From Histomonas meleagridis 2922-C6/04-290x (lineage: Eukaryota; Protista; Parabasalia): a DNA stretch of 64,000 bases. The stretch covers positions 310,001 to 374,000 of the forward strand of contig JAANOX010000271.1 in assembly GCA_020184695.1 (NCBI GenBank). Direction: 5' to 3'. The translations under genes and the position numbers were made by a program. Below the pieces are notes generated by a model. The model ran no database searches. It saw only the letters and a list, made by a program, of their open reading frames with translations, and was not told the origin of the DNA. Each line of letters starts with the position of its first letter. The first letter of the stretch is position 1. Below, piece by piece: positions 22,501-32,962 of the stretch.

Positions 22501-22736
22501 TAGAGTCTTTGTCTCCTAAAAACCGAAGTTGTTCTGTGATTGGTGAAAAAATTATTTACATAAAAGGAAAACACGTTTACTCGAAACCGTTAAAAATTAC
22601 GGATGTTACAACGAGAAAAGGATTAACAGTAACTGATAATAGAGGAAACGAACGAAGTTTCCCATTGGAACTTCATGGAAAAAAGTGGGTATACGAAAAC
22701 GAATTTCAGTCTCTTTTAGAAAGTGGAGCGTTATAA
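19545..22736 (+). CDS. Divergent Spt5-like (NGN/KOW) protein with a large Gln-rich repeat insert; no ATG at the expected start
   Basis: PGTIVRI..GQV...D..ILVKYLPCIDY resembles Spt5 KOW1 (MIPRIDY); YDLVRL..VGTVI and IDCH...IGDRVK..EGKI resemble later KOW segments; AGG at 19545 where ATG is expected. Confidence 0.62.
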   Translation, partial: RLIFSKSSYQQIANIPRGRTQCSPSYSIPSTCDIHKLDIYIEQEKLISNNISSIFEITINNEDPYNAFKILVDDVKKRNLKNSIKSITLSPNRPNTIIIESNDKSSFMSLIQHNFDFSENFLRNAIDFGSSIRFLKFPPGTIVRIYGKEAGQVVTSDATTQKILVKYLPCIDYEQLKTSEIKSQKYINMKMPSDYKPKKIYFVKNFFIRYKIKLDEEEIPIPYAHNGVAKAIKWDGDLFIGIFQYSYFSMEDLQIQNLNITKEEYSIFENNRADFEGHDPIFNENMRKTKKTFEQNNFSLLNTRNDSEEKMNQNESHISEAKIKVNEENIIKPNILWHSQNNQGKPVRIENYIKKETQKSFSQQTEFEPKEQQKPQAREKINENKEQQISQTRKITNDNKEKQRVQSEKISENKEQQISQTRKITNDNKEKQRVQSEKISENKEQQISQIRNAINENREQQISQIIETTNENKEQRISQIIEIINEDKEKQRVLLEKVNENKEQQIFQPRETNEDNEREISQQHREEYTLYHVQAKANTQQRHQSNKNNQWQQIPQILHSEQEISKEQMLQRPQAVQETVQPQIQQIQQKPQSNKDNQQQQQMPQLQSAQELTQQSMQQRNKDVPEQQIQKRLQETREIPQQHREEYTLYHVQAKSNTQQKPQINKDIPQKQPMQQRRQLTHDNQQQQMPQLLSVQELTQQRNKDITEQQIQKRSQETREMPQQHREEYTLYHVQAEANTHKLQPVQETVLPQIQQRIHSNKDNQQQQISHTEHKISQRQMPQKQQSNKDNQQQPMPQTCEDILYQQQISHTLSEALQQFQINSNEEDQAETSSEQALEKLIEYCKNSKDITKLRHIYKILDEMKQQHETPQQEQPKQTELRQPKYWPYDLVRLNSNLVGTVINITETDDTIILQNNRIETVTEDKIVKKLSPQPKVIDCHKTQLFIGDRVKFNETKEGKIIQMYNKHLYVELPDNSFQCVPARLVESLSPKNRSCSVIGEKIIYIKGKHVYSKPLKITDVTTRKGLTVTDNRGNERSFPLELHGKKWVYENEFQSLLESGAL
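20690..21960 (+). repeat. Coding repeats in the Spt5-like gene: 87-nt (29-aa) tandem units and three QQHREEYTLYHVQA blocks
   Basis: AACAAAGAACAACAAAT at 20694, 20781 and 20868; QQHREEYTLYHVQA occurs three times in the translation. Confidence 0.9.
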
Positions 22737-23213
22737 TATTTAATATTTTTTTTTTTTTAATAAACACTGTATGTATATAAATAAAATTATTAAAACTAAT
22801 ATACAAATGATGTTAAGCTTGAAATTATATTTTTACTAAGAAGATATTGATTATTTTCTCTTTTATTAGTAATTTATAATTTTTGTATGTCTAATACCCG
22901 AAACAATCTTGAACACTTCATTAATAAATTGAACTTTTAAATAATACAAATCAAAATTAATATTTTACTATTTCTATTTTGGACAAAGAAAGAACAAAAA
23001 TTTAAACGGTCATTTTTATTACAAGAAAAATTTAAATTCAGTTTGCGTGCAAACATTAAAACAATACCTTATATAGCTAATGAAATGGTAGTGCGTAAAC
23101 ATAATATGATTAAATTTATTCATTCTATACAAAGACAATCGATAATGAGATCTCAATCCCACAAAAAACAAATACAAAAGTCATTAATTTACACAGCTCA
23201 TTCATAAGGTGAT

Positions 23214-24830
23214 TTACTTAGCCTCGAAGATGTAGCATGTTAATGCATCACAGTCTAAATTGAATCCACCGTTACCACTATATTCTTTGCCTGTGATCAA
23301 TTCCTTGAAGCTTGAGCCACCACAGTTCACGTAGACAGTTGTTGGCAATGTTCCTGTGTTTACAACGAACACAATTTTAGTTTGGGTTTGGTCATCCCAT
23401 TTGACATTAATTAGTGCGCCATCCTTTGTAGACACACTATTAGAACCTCTATACATTGCTGGATAGCTCAGACGTATATTCATTAACTTAGCCGTATAAT
23501 CGTGTAAATCTTGTTCATTAGTATTAAATCCGGAAATATGGCCATCTGTTCTCGCTACGTTATCACTAGCTGTACCATCACCACAGCCATAAGATTGCCA
23601 GCAATCTGCTATATCACCAACTTCATCTCCATAGTAAATAGTAATTGGTCCAGTATAAGCGGCCAAACAACCCAATGCGATCTTATAACGCTTCCAATAT
23701 GCTTCGTTACTTCTATCATAGCCATACTTACTACGGATCAAATTACCAAATCTCCATACATCATGATTCGTGATGAAAAGATTAGGATAAACATCAGATG
23801 AATATCCTTTTTCACTTGGCGTCTTAAATACATTGGTAAGTGTGCTAACTCCATAGCCTCCAGCGCCACTTTCTTCTTGCGCAATAACTTGGACAAGGTT
23901 GTAACGCGCTGGGAAGTCGAAGGCAGACTTAAGGCCGTCCTGTGAATATGTTTGTGATTGGATTTCACTTGTGCCGCTCCAATGTTCACCGACCATGTAA
24001 CCGAGCGTACCCCATTGTTTGCCTTGGTTCTTGCGTTCGTTACAAAGATCTTGAACTGCGGTACGGATTTCATACCAATAGTTGTGGTTGTTTTGGAATA
24101 ATTGATAACATTGATCAAGACGCCAACCATCAATTTCATACTCACGGATCCAATATAAGGCAACTTCCTTGTAAAATTCAAGGCTGCCTGGATAAGAAAC
24201 TGGATTACTGCTTCCTTGCGGATAATTGCCATTTGGTGATGCTTTAACATTGCCACCATGATGGCCGAAAACACCATCAAGGAAGATGTACATGCCACGG
24301 TCATGACAGCCTTTGATAAGATTACGAAGATCATCGTTGGTACCAAACTTTGGATCAACATTGAAATAATCAGTGGCAAAGTAACCTGTGGATTGAAGTT
24401 TTTCACCACCACTGCCGCCAGTGGAGTCGAAAACTGGTGTAAGCCAAAGAGCATTGACATTAAGACCTTTGATGTAATCAAGTGCATTAATAATACCCTT
24501 GAGATTTCCTTTGTGACTGCTTGGTCCATAACCAGTGCAATAGCATGTTGAACCATCGCCTTGGAATGATGAAACCATAACTTGGTAAATTGTAATTGAA
24601 TTAAAATCAGTGTTTAATCCATTTGATACTGAATTTGAGGAAGTACCAACTGTGTTAGTTGTTGTTGTGGTTGTTGATGTTTTATTGCTTCTAAATGAAA
24701 CAAAACCTATAACCATTCCAACGACTAAACCTATGCCAACACATAATGCAGCAATCCAATGCATCCTCCTACCCTTCTTTTTATCTTCTTGGTTTCTGGG
24801 AAGGAGAGGTTCGTTCTGGAACTCTTCCAT
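23214..24830 (-). CDS. GH13 alpha-amylase-family glycosidase, type II membrane-anchored
   Basis: GNLKGIINALDYIK, LWLTP, GY...DYFNVDPKFGT, DGVFGH, GWRLDQ, GEHW, ITNHD; N-terminal TM and Thr-rich stalk. Confidence 0.92.
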   Translation of the reverse strand: MEEFQNEPLLPRNQEDKKKGRRMHWIAALCVGIGLVVGMVIGFVSFRSNKTSTTTTTTNTVGTSSNSVSNGLNTDFNSITIYQVMVSSFQGDGSTCYCTGYGPSSHKGNLKGIINALDYIKGLNVNALWLTPVFDSTGGSGGEKLQSTGYFATDYFNVDPKFGTNDDLRNLIKGCHDRGMYIFLDGVFGHHGGNVKASPNGNYPQGSSNPVSYPGSLEFYKEVALYWIREYEIDGWRLDQCYQLFQNNHNYWYEIRTAVQDLCNERKNQGKQWGTLGYMVGEHWSGTSEIQSQTYSQDGLKSAFDFPARYNLVQVIAQEESGAGGYGVSTLTNVFKTPSEKGYSSDVYPNLFITNHDVWRFGNLIRSKYGYDRSNEAYWKRYKIALGCLAAYTGPITIYYGDEVGDIADCWQSYGCGDGTASDNVARTDGHISGFNTNEQDLHDYTAKLMNIRLSYPAMYRGSNSVSTKDGALINVKWDDQTQTKIVFVVNTGTLPTTVYVNCGGSSFKELITGKEYSGNGGFNLDCDALTCYIFEAK

Positions 24831-25593
24831 AAAATGAGCACCTGAATTGCATTCAAAACCTAAACTCCCCTTCAGAAATTTTCGAACGATAGCTGTACAA
24901 AATAATAATCATCGTAACTAAGGTTATTATCGAATGCATTCAATATATTCTTTGAAACAAATTTGTTTAAAACATACTAAGAAACAGGTTGTGTATTGTT
25001 GCTTAGTTGTTACAATTAAATATCGTTACTTTGAATAAAATTTCTCAATTTAAATATAAGATTTAGATATGCTATCGTAGTTGTAAATACAAATTATTTA
25101 CATATAAATTTTATTTATGCTTAAATACCATTTGATTATCACTACATGCAAATATATTTTTTATATTTTTTCCTGATAGCAATTAACAATAACAACAGCT
25201 ACAACAATAGGATCAGCTGCTACAGCAGTACTAATGTAATTACACTACCAGCAGTACTAATGCAATTCCAAAAATTTGTTACTTTTATAAAATTATTCTT
25301 GTGATTTTTTAACACTTTCACTAGAGAACATATCTAGTGCAATATCTATTACATCTTTGTATTACTTAAAAAAATTCTAAATAAACAATATTGGTCTTAA
25401 TATATTTCCAAACGTCAACTAATCACTCTGTACATCGATGTAGTGGAATTACATAATGCAAAAAGATTAATAACTTATTGGGATATCGTTCTTGTGTTTC
25501 CATCTGATTTTGTTTGATCAATTGGTCAATGATCGCACGCCCTTGATTTGAATTGACTAAGTTTGTCTAAAGATTTGGAAGATAAAACTTTCA

Positions 25594-26301
25594 ATGTTAC
25601 GATTGTTTTTCTTTCAAAAATTGGTTCACTCGAAAGCTAATTTGCAAATGAAATCACATGAACAAAAATATGGCATTTTTCTTTCTCAAATTGAATTAGG
25701 TGCACTTGGAACTAACTGCTACTGTTTTCCAATAGAAGGTGGTTGTGTAGTTATTGATCCAGCAATTCAATCTCCTATTTTAACTAATTGGATTTCAGCG
25801 AATATTAAAGGTGGAAAACTTCATATTTATCTAACTCATGGCCATTTTGACCATATTGGTGGCGTTAATTCTCTTCTAGATTCTTTTCCAAATTCACAAG
25901 TGTATATTTATTCACCTGACTTTGAATTCTTATCAGATCCTAGTCTCAACCTATCAGCACTTGGCGGCCTAGTTATTAATGTTAAAGATCTCACAAAAGT
26001 TCAAAAGGTTAATAATAATGAAAGTATTATTAATGGCAAATTAAAGGTTCTTGCACTACCTGGTCACACCCCTGGATGCTCTGGTCTGTATGATGAACAA
26101 AATGGTCTTATATTTGAAGGAGATACTCTTTTTAATGGAGGAATTGGGCGAACAGATTTTCCAAAAGGTAATCATGAAGAAATTCAAAAAAGCATTAAAA
26201 ATGTCTTATTTAAGCTTCCTCCATCAACTGTTGTGTTCCCTGGTCATGGGCCGTCAACGACTATAGCAGCTGAATCAGCAAATAATTCATTATTTTATTA
26301 A
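25594..26301 (+). CDS. Metallo-beta-lactamase-fold hydrolase (glyoxalase II/YcbL-like)
   Basis: THGHFDHIGG, PGHTPG, GDTLF.GGIGRTDFP, PGHGP.TTI. Confidence 0.93.
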   Translation: MLRLFFFQKLVHSKANLQMKSHEQKYGIFLSQIELGALGTNCYCFPIEGGCVVIDPAIQSPILTNWISANIKGGKLHIYLTHGHFDHIGGVNSLLDSFPNSQVYIYSPDFEFLSDPSLNLSALGGLVINVKDLTKVQKVNNNESIINGKLKVLALPGHTPGCSGLYDEQNGLIFEGDTLFNGGIGRTDFPKGNHEEIQKSIKNVLFKLPPSTVVFPGHGPSTTIAAESANNSLFY

Positions 26302-26447
26302 ACATTTGAGTAAAATTACAAAAGAAATTTCTTAAACAGGATAAAATATGTCTTAAGTACTTCTTGCAAAAATATTTTTTATTGATGAAAAAAAAAAATA
26401 ATTTCTTAAAAATTTATGAAGGCATAAAGATGGAGTTTTTACGTAAT

Positions 26448-26759
26448 TTAATCAAAGAGATCATCGAAGCCACCAGTCATTTCAACTACTTCTTCTTCTT
26501 CCTTCTTTTCTTCTTCCTTAACTTCTGCAGTAGTGGCAGCAGCAGCTGGAGCAGCACCTCCACCAACAACGGAGAGTTTTGAAGATCCTTCTTTGATAAG
26601 TTCTTCGATGTTCTTGCCATTTAATTTTTCAAGAAGAGCATCAATTGCCTTTGCATCAACTTGAATTCCAACACTTTCGAGAATTGCTGTGATCTTTTCT
26701 TTTGATGGGGAAGCATCACCACCAGCTTGTGCAAGAAGATAAGCAGCAATGTATTTCAT
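26448..26759 (-). CDS. RPLP2: 60S acidic ribosomal protein P2
   Basis: [17 protein letters not shown], Ala-rich hinge, acidic tail ending LFD. Confidence 0.95.
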   Translation of the reverse strand: MKYIAAYLLAQAGGDASPSKEKITAILESVGIQVDAKAIDALLEKLNGKNIEELIKEGSSKLSVVGGGAAPAAAATTAEVKEEEKKEEEEVVEMTGGFDDLFD

Positions 26760-26765
26760 ATTTGA

Positions 26766-26790
26766 AAAGGTCAGCCATGGCTGACGGTTA
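26766..26790 (-). promoter_or_regulatory. Ribosomal-protein promoter: M5-like CCTTT, 16-bp palindrome and M3-like site
   Basis: CCTTT (minus strand) 26766-26770; GTCAGCCATGGCTGAC 26770-26785; GACGGTTA 26783-26790 on the plus strand. Confidence 0.55.
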
Positions 26791-26983
26791 ATCGTTTAAA
26801 AAGTGGAAATTTGTTGCATTTCGTTCATTTTTATAGCTGCATTATTAATATCCACATATTTAACAATAACACATTTCAAGTCCTCAAATAAACTATTAAT
26901 ATCCGTATATGTGGTTTATTCTATATATTTACATTGATTGGAAAATATTTTTAGCAAATTGTTAATTATGCTTCATAAAGATT

Positions 26984-27571
26984 CTACTTGTATTGATTAT
27001 TACAGTTGTTAATTGGATTTTTTGAAAAAATTTCAGGTTCTTGAGGCATACCATAGTTTGTCTTTAATATTAATATTAAAAATATTAAAAATAATACATG
27101 AGTAAACACGTAATATGGAAACAAAAGGGAAATATTTCGTCCAGCTTCAAAACATCCCCCAATTACATTATTTCTAAGATCTTCCGAAATATTGAAAATT
27201 TCAACGCAGGTTTTGGTCGACGTTTGAATTATAGATATAATCTGTACTACAACTGAAACGATGGTATTTAGGACATTTAACCAGACAAAAGGTCTAATGT
27301 CTTTAAAATGACATGAGCTAAAATGTATACATAAAGAAATAAATGAAAACAATATTTCAAGTGCAGTGGTAACAAGTAAAATTATTGTGCAAGGTTCAAA
27401 ATTTTTTTTATAGTAAGCTACTCCTTCTTTTGAATAATATGTAAAATTAGGTGAATTGCTTTCCCATAATGCCAAAATAATAATTGACCATATCAAACTA
27501 GTAAAATAAAGAAAAGCATGTAATACATTTTTGATATTTATTCGATTAAGATTCATATTTTCATCAAACAT
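26984..27571 (-). CDS. Hypothetical membrane protein (about 4 TM)
   Basis: 195-aa ATG ORF with hydrophobic helices. Confidence 0.7.
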   Translation of the reverse strand: MFDENMNLNRINIKNVLHAFLYFTSLIWSIIILALWESNSPNFTYYSKEGVAYYKKNFEPCTIILLVTTALEILFSFISLCIHFSSCHFKDIRPFVWLNVLNTIVSVVVQIISIIQTSTKTCVEIFNISEDLRNNVIGGCFEAGRNISLLFPYYVFTHVLFLIFLILILKTNYGMPQEPEIFSKNPINNCNNQYK

Positions 27572-28042
27572 GAAGTATGATGATGTTAGGTTCTTAGTTG
27601 GACGGCTTTATTCACAAAATTGGTGCAGTAGATGATCGGAATGCATTCAAATTAACCGGGACATCTATAGAATTATAGCGGTTGAAAATTGGTTTTTTTG
27701 TTTTCAAAGTAATTTGTTGTAACAATGTATACATTTGCTGTATAATTACTGTCAAATAATTTTATGAAACGCTAAACAGGATTAAACATGTAGCATACAT
27801 TTTATTTTGCAATTTGTTAAATAAGATTTATACATTTTTTTCTGATATTTTAAGTTACCTTATATCTTTAATTTGAATATAAATTAATATTAATTAATTA
27901 ATCAAAAAACTTATTATTTTTTTATTAATCTGATGTTTGCACAGTATTTTCGTTAAAAATGTGTTAGCTTCAGCTTTATGTAATAAAAAATCTATTCGAC
28001 CAGTTATAAAAGTGCTGCAAATTATTCCAACACAAGTAATCG

Positions 28043-31000
28043 ATGGATTCTTTGCTTAATTCTCTTGAATTAATCACAAAATCCAAGATAGTACTCCAGC
28101 CAAATCAAACAATTCAAACTCAACTTTTACCTCTTCATAAAGAATTATTAAATCAACAAGATCATCAAATATTATCCAGAGCAGAACAAATCCTTCTTTC
28201 GTTACTCAATGTAAACGGAGGTGATCTTACACCACAATGTTCCACATATATTGGAGAACTTTTAGTTTCTATTTATCAACATGATCAAAACAAACATTTA
28301 TGGAATTTAATATCATTAGTTTCTGATAAGCCAAATAAAGCAAACATATATGCACTTAAACGTGTTGTTGGAAAAATCGGCAAATATTCCAAATCCTCTC
28401 TTACTCAAGTAACCAAATCATTAATTTCCATCAAACGACAAAATCTTCAATATCCATCACTTTTAGCCTTACGCACCTTATTTAAGGTCTGTGGTGATGT
28501 ACTTAAAGATTATTCTAACTCTGCCTTTAATTTTTCGAAATCACAAATCCAATCATCAGATGAAGCAACACAAATTGCATCCATTCGTCTTGTCCAAACA
28601 TTAATTAGTCTCTTCAAACTTGATCAAAAGAAAGTCATTTCATACATACAACTTGCATTTACACATTCCAAAAGCATTTTTGTTACTTGCGCCGCATCAC
28701 AACTTGTCTCAATTTTGTCAACTTTACACATTACAAAAGGCAAAAGTGGTTTAATCACAGATTCAGACAATCCATCCACCATTGATTTTGTTATTACCAA
28801 AGAAAAGACGAAAGACACATCTTTAGATCGAGCATTTGATATCATATTACAATTTAAAGATCATTTTTCATTAATTTTTGAACGATTTTTGGATTATTGT
28901 CCACCGCAATATATATATTCAAATGCAAATCGAATTTTCCAATATCTTTTAACACATTCGCCAACTGATTTCCCTAAACTTACATCATTTTTCTCGAAGG
29001 ATGTTCGCTTAACCTTTTTTAAGTCATTATATGATCAAAAACATGTAAACTTAAAGATGTTAATGTTAGCGACATATGATGATGATACAGCACGTGAAGC
29101 GACGCGAATTTTTAATGATATGATATGGAATGAAAAAGGTGAAAAGCGTAAAGATTCACGTTCATTCTTTTTGAACTTAGCACAATCATATCCAAGTTTA
29201 GCATTTGAAACATTACATGTTTCGATTCATTTCCTCGCAATGCCACCTGATGGAGAACCGACAGTAATGCAACAAATGAAAGGAATGGGCACAATTGTAA
29301 ACATATTATTTTCTGTGACGAAATTTGAGTTACCAGAAACAGATATTAAATTATTACGGAAATTTATCGAAACTTCAATTGAACAATGCGCTAATGATCA
29401 AACATATTTGATTCCATTATTATTAGTTATTGAAGCTGTGCCAAAACATTATTATGAAAATATTGATGTCAAACCCATTTTAGAAAAATATGCAAAATTT
29501 TATATGGAAACAAATTATAAAAAATCGAAAACACAATTCCCAATTAATTATATTGAATCATTATTAATATATTTATCAACTGATTCGGATTATCCTTTTG
29601 TTAATCAATATTTAGAATTTTGTTTTAATAATGTAACAAATAATTTATCTGTTTCAGGTTTAATTGCATTATTAAAACTTGCTTTAAAAATCGAATTAAC
29701 TTCATCATTTATTTTATCATTATTAACATTTTATCTTAATAAAATTTCATCGTTAAGTGTTTCTAATAAAATTGTTCGACAAAGAATTCCAACATTAATG
29801 AAAACACAAGAAGAAATATTTGAAAAACCAAATCAACTTACAAATACACAATATTCGACATTTTATATTCCACAATCGATGTTACTTCAACTTTCATGTG
29901 AATATATACCAAAAATATTTGTGAAACTTGATAAAGGCAACAAGAAAACATTTATTAATTTAATCCAACAATTATTAAATAATAAATCAATACAATATAT
30001 ATTATTAACATTATATCAGAATAAAGAATCACTTGAGAAAATACCAAAAGATTTACATCTAAATTTATTAAATCATCTTAATCAAAACAATGATTTATCA
30101 TTACAAATGATATGTGAATGTATTGGAATTCATATATCGAAATATAATAATTCTACACCAATTTATAAATATATACAACAAAATAATAATGTTTCATCAT
30201 GTTTTATCGAAGCATCAATCATTCGTAATAATAATTTAAGTGAAAGAGAATTAGCTGATTATCTTGTAGGTGCAGCAATTCGTCTAACAAATCCAACAAT
30301 AGCAAAGTATGGACTTTATGAATTATCAGTAATATATGAAACTAAATCAGTACAAATTGTATCAATGATGATTGGAGAACAACAACTTCAACAAATTTTA
30401 ACTTATTCTTATCAAAATCAAGAACAATCTGTTTATCAATATTATTTAATATATTCATGTTTCGAAAAATTAATTCCGATTTTATTCCCAAGTATACAAT
30501 CAATTAGTACGACAAATTTATTAACTTTATCATTACAATTATTATTATTTTCACAAATTCCATTTTGTAAAAAATTCTTTTTAGATTTATATCGTGGAGT
30601 TGCAGCATTTTCGAAAGATATTTTAATACATTTCGATATTAAAATTCCTATTTCTTTATATCAAGAAACTTCGATTAAACTTTCAGCTTGTGGTGCATTA
30701 TCTGATCGATTAAAAGTTACTCCATGTTCAGAAGATTTATTAAAATATATTCCATCATTCTTTTTATTATTACAAAAAACTCAAGATCAACGAGTTCATA
30801 ATTTTATAATTTCAGCTGCAAAATTATTTACAGAGAAACCAATTAATGAAATTACATCCGAAGAATTAAATCATTGGTTTAATTTAACGAAACGAATTTT
30901 ATCAAATAATTCTATGTTTGGTTTTGGTACATTTATAGTTGAACCAAATCCATCTGTTAAAAAATGTTCATTAGAATTAATAGTTATTTTATTTCCAATT

Positions 31001-32701
31001 CTTGTAAAATATGAACCATTACAAGTTTCATGTTTAGATGATATAATGACATCTGTTATTCGTTCGATTGAAACTAATCGTATTGATTTACAAGAGATTT
31101 CATATCCAATAATATCGAAAGTATTTAGTAACTTTCCAAATTATAAAACAGAAAATGGTATTCGTTTATTATCACTTTATGAATCACAATTTTCAGTTGC
31201 TTCACGTTTTGCATTTCCTAATTCTGTTGAAATATCATCTGATTTCTTAGTGAATTATTTAGATTTTAGTTTCGAAGAATATAATAAAAATCCTGAAGCA
31301 TGTGAAATGATTGTTGAGAATTATACTAAAGGTTTACGAATGATGAAGAATAAAACTACTGGATTTTATAAAATCGCTTCTAATTTATGTCGAATATCAA
31401 TGAATAATGATGAAATATTTAATACATTTAAAGATTTTTATAAATCATTACCGGAATCATTTTGTTCATTAATCATTGATTCTATTAAATTAAGAACATC
31501 ACAAACAGATTGGAAACAAATCACTGAATATCGAAAACAAATTTCACCATTTTATACAAATCTTTTAACTTCTTATATTTGGTTAAAGAAGAAATTTGAT
31601 ATTAATGATATCATTGATTATGTCAGTTTTTCATCATTTTTATTATATGAATTAACATCATCATCTGAAAGTTGGAGAACATTTGCAGCGTTTTCATCAT
31701 TAACAGAGATATTACGTTATTATGGTCATCAATTAATCCCAGAATTAAATGAATTAATTACAAGTTCAATGGTAAATTCATGTAAACAAAACTCATTACT
31801 TTTAAGTTCATTAGTTTCGGACTTTTTATTATGTTCTTGTCGAACTACAAAAGAAAACTCTAAACTTTGGAGTTCATTAGCATTCACAGCACTTAATTAT
31901 CGATGTAATGCTGAATCGATTGGATTAATCTTAAAGAATTGTTCGAAAGAAATTATTATTCCAACTATATGTAAATTTGTTGATTTTATCATACTTGAAT
32001 TATATGAAAAGATTATAAATGTAAATGAAGCATTAGCTTTAATGACAATAATATATGAAATATCAAATGATGCAATTCCTTCAGTGATTTATCATTTGTT
32101 CGAATCCGAACATAAAATTGAGCCAAAGTTTAAAATAATTGCTTATAAAAGAGCGATTTTAAGAAACCAATCATTTGTTTCCATTAATAAAGTCGCTTCA
32201 TTCTTCATGAATAATTTAAGTAATGAAGTTTTATGTATTATTGGAAACATAATATTAAAAGCACCAAAAATTGGTATCGAATTATTAAAAAGAGGAATTC
32301 TAAATAAAGTGTTAAATGGAATCGAAGGAATAGATTGCATTAATTACCTTTATTTCTTGGAATTAATTGTGAATAATTTCAAAGATAATAAAGAGGTAAT
32401 TAAAGAAGTTGCAATTTCTTCATTAAAAATGTTACGCACATTTGGTAATGATAGAAATAGAGGTAAAAACGTCGCATCAATTGTCGTCAACTTAATGATA
32501 AAATGCGAAGAAACTTTTAATGGAATTGCCGAAGCAGTTTTTAATGAAAATGATATAGAAAGGAAAAACGAAATCAACAAAATCCTACAAAAATTCGCTT
32601 CACATAAAACTGTGAAGAGAGTTTCACTTAAAACTTTCTCTTCTAACGTTAGAAGAAAACAAGAAGATGAAGGAGAATGGCAATCATTAGAAATAGAATG
32701 A
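28043..32701 (+). CDS. Large alpha-solenoid protein, HEATR5/Laa1-like
   Basis: 1552 aa, helical; the N-terminal P.CSTYIGELLVSIY and C-terminal KRVSLKTF resemble HEATR5 termini (recognition by eye). Confidence 0.55.
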   Translation: MDSLLNSLELITKSKIVLQPNQTIQTQLLPLHKELLNQQDHQILSRAEQILLSLLNVNGGDLTPQCSTYIGELLVSIYQHDQNKHLWNLISLVSDKPNKANIYALKRVVGKIGKYSKSSLTQVTKSLISIKRQNLQYPSLLALRTLFKVCGDVLKDYSNSAFNFSKSQIQSSDEATQIASIRLVQTLISLFKLDQKKVISYIQLAFTHSKSIFVTCAASQLVSILSTLHITKGKSGLITDSDNPSTIDFVITKEKTKDTSLDRAFDIILQFKDHFSLIFERFLDYCPPQYIYSNANRIFQYLLTHSPTDFPKLTSFFSKDVRLTFFKSLYDQKHVNLKMLMLATYDDDTAREATRIFNDMIWNEKGEKRKDSRSFFLNLAQSYPSLAFETLHVSIHFLAMPPDGEPTVMQQMKGMGTIVNILFSVTKFELPETDIKLLRKFIETSIEQCANDQTYLIPLLLVIEAVPKHYYENIDVKPILEKYAKFYMETNYKKSKTQFPINYIESLLIYLSTDSDYPFVNQYLEFCFNNVTNNLSVSGLIALLKLALKIELTSSFILSLLTFYLNKISSLSVSNKIVRQRIPTLMKTQEEIFEKPNQLTNTQYSTFYIPQSMLLQLSCEYIPKIFVKLDKGNKKTFINLIQQLLNNKSIQYILLTLYQNKESLEKIPKDLHLNLLNHLNQNNDLSLQMICECIGIHISKYNNSTPIYKYIQQNNNVSSCFIEASIIRNNNLSERELADYLVGAAIRLTNPTIAKYGLYELSVIYETKSVQIVSMMIGEQQLQQILTYSYQNQEQSVYQYYLIYSCFEKLIPILFPSIQSISTTNLLTLSLQLLLFSQIPFCKKFFLDLYRGVAAFSKDILIHFDIKIPISLYQETSIKLSACGALSDRLKVTPCSEDLLKYIPSFFLLLQKTQDQRVHNFIISAAKLFTEKPINEITSEELNHWFNLTKRILSNNSMFGFGTFIVEPNPSVKKCSLELIVILFPILVKYEPLQVSCLDDIMTSVIRSIETNRIDLQEISYPIISKVFSNFPNYKTENGIRLLSLYESQFSVASRFAFPNSVEISSDFLVNYLDFSFEEYNKNPEACEMIVENYTKGLRMMKNKTTGFYKIASNLCRISMNNDEIFNTFKDFYKSLPESFCSLIIDSIKLRTSQTDWKQITEYRKQISPFYTNLLTSYIWLKKKFDINDIIDYVSFSSFLLYELTSSSESWRTFAAFSSLTEILRYYGHQLIPELNELITSSMVNSCKQNSLLLSSLVSDFLLCSCRTTKENSKLWSSLAFTALNYRCNAESIGLILKNCSKEIIIPTICKFVDFIILELYEKIINVNEALALMTIIYEISNDAIPSVIYHLFESEHKIEPKFKIIAYKRAILRNQSFVSINKVASFFMNNLSNEVLCIIGNIILKAPKIGIELLKRGILNKVLNGIEGIDCINYLYFLELIVNNFKDNKEVIKEVAISSLKMLRTFGNDRNRGKNVASIVVNLMIKCEETFNGIAEAVFNENDIERKNEINKILQKFASHKTVKRVSLKTFSSNVRRKQEDEGEWQSLEIE

Positions 32702-32962
32702 TATAATAACGTTATTTAAAAAAAACGAATTTCGATTTAAAAAGTGGATTTTTTGAGAGGTCGTTATGTGTTTTTGAATGGATTTGGGATTTCGGTTTCT
32801 TGCGATAAATCAGATTTTTGAATGAGGCTTAAATTTTTGCCACTCAAAAAAAGGAGGATTGACATTCAAATTTTGGCCGTGCACATTGAAATTAAAAAAA
32901 AGAAATTGGTCGAATGATTGTTTAATCTTCTATTTTAATCTATCTAAAGTACGCATTTCACC

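Noticed and set aside
25180-25270. Short repeat CAGCAGTACTAATG and a TM-like remnant on the minus strand; similar tail-like remnant at 39950-40170
   Set aside because: Too short and broken to assign.
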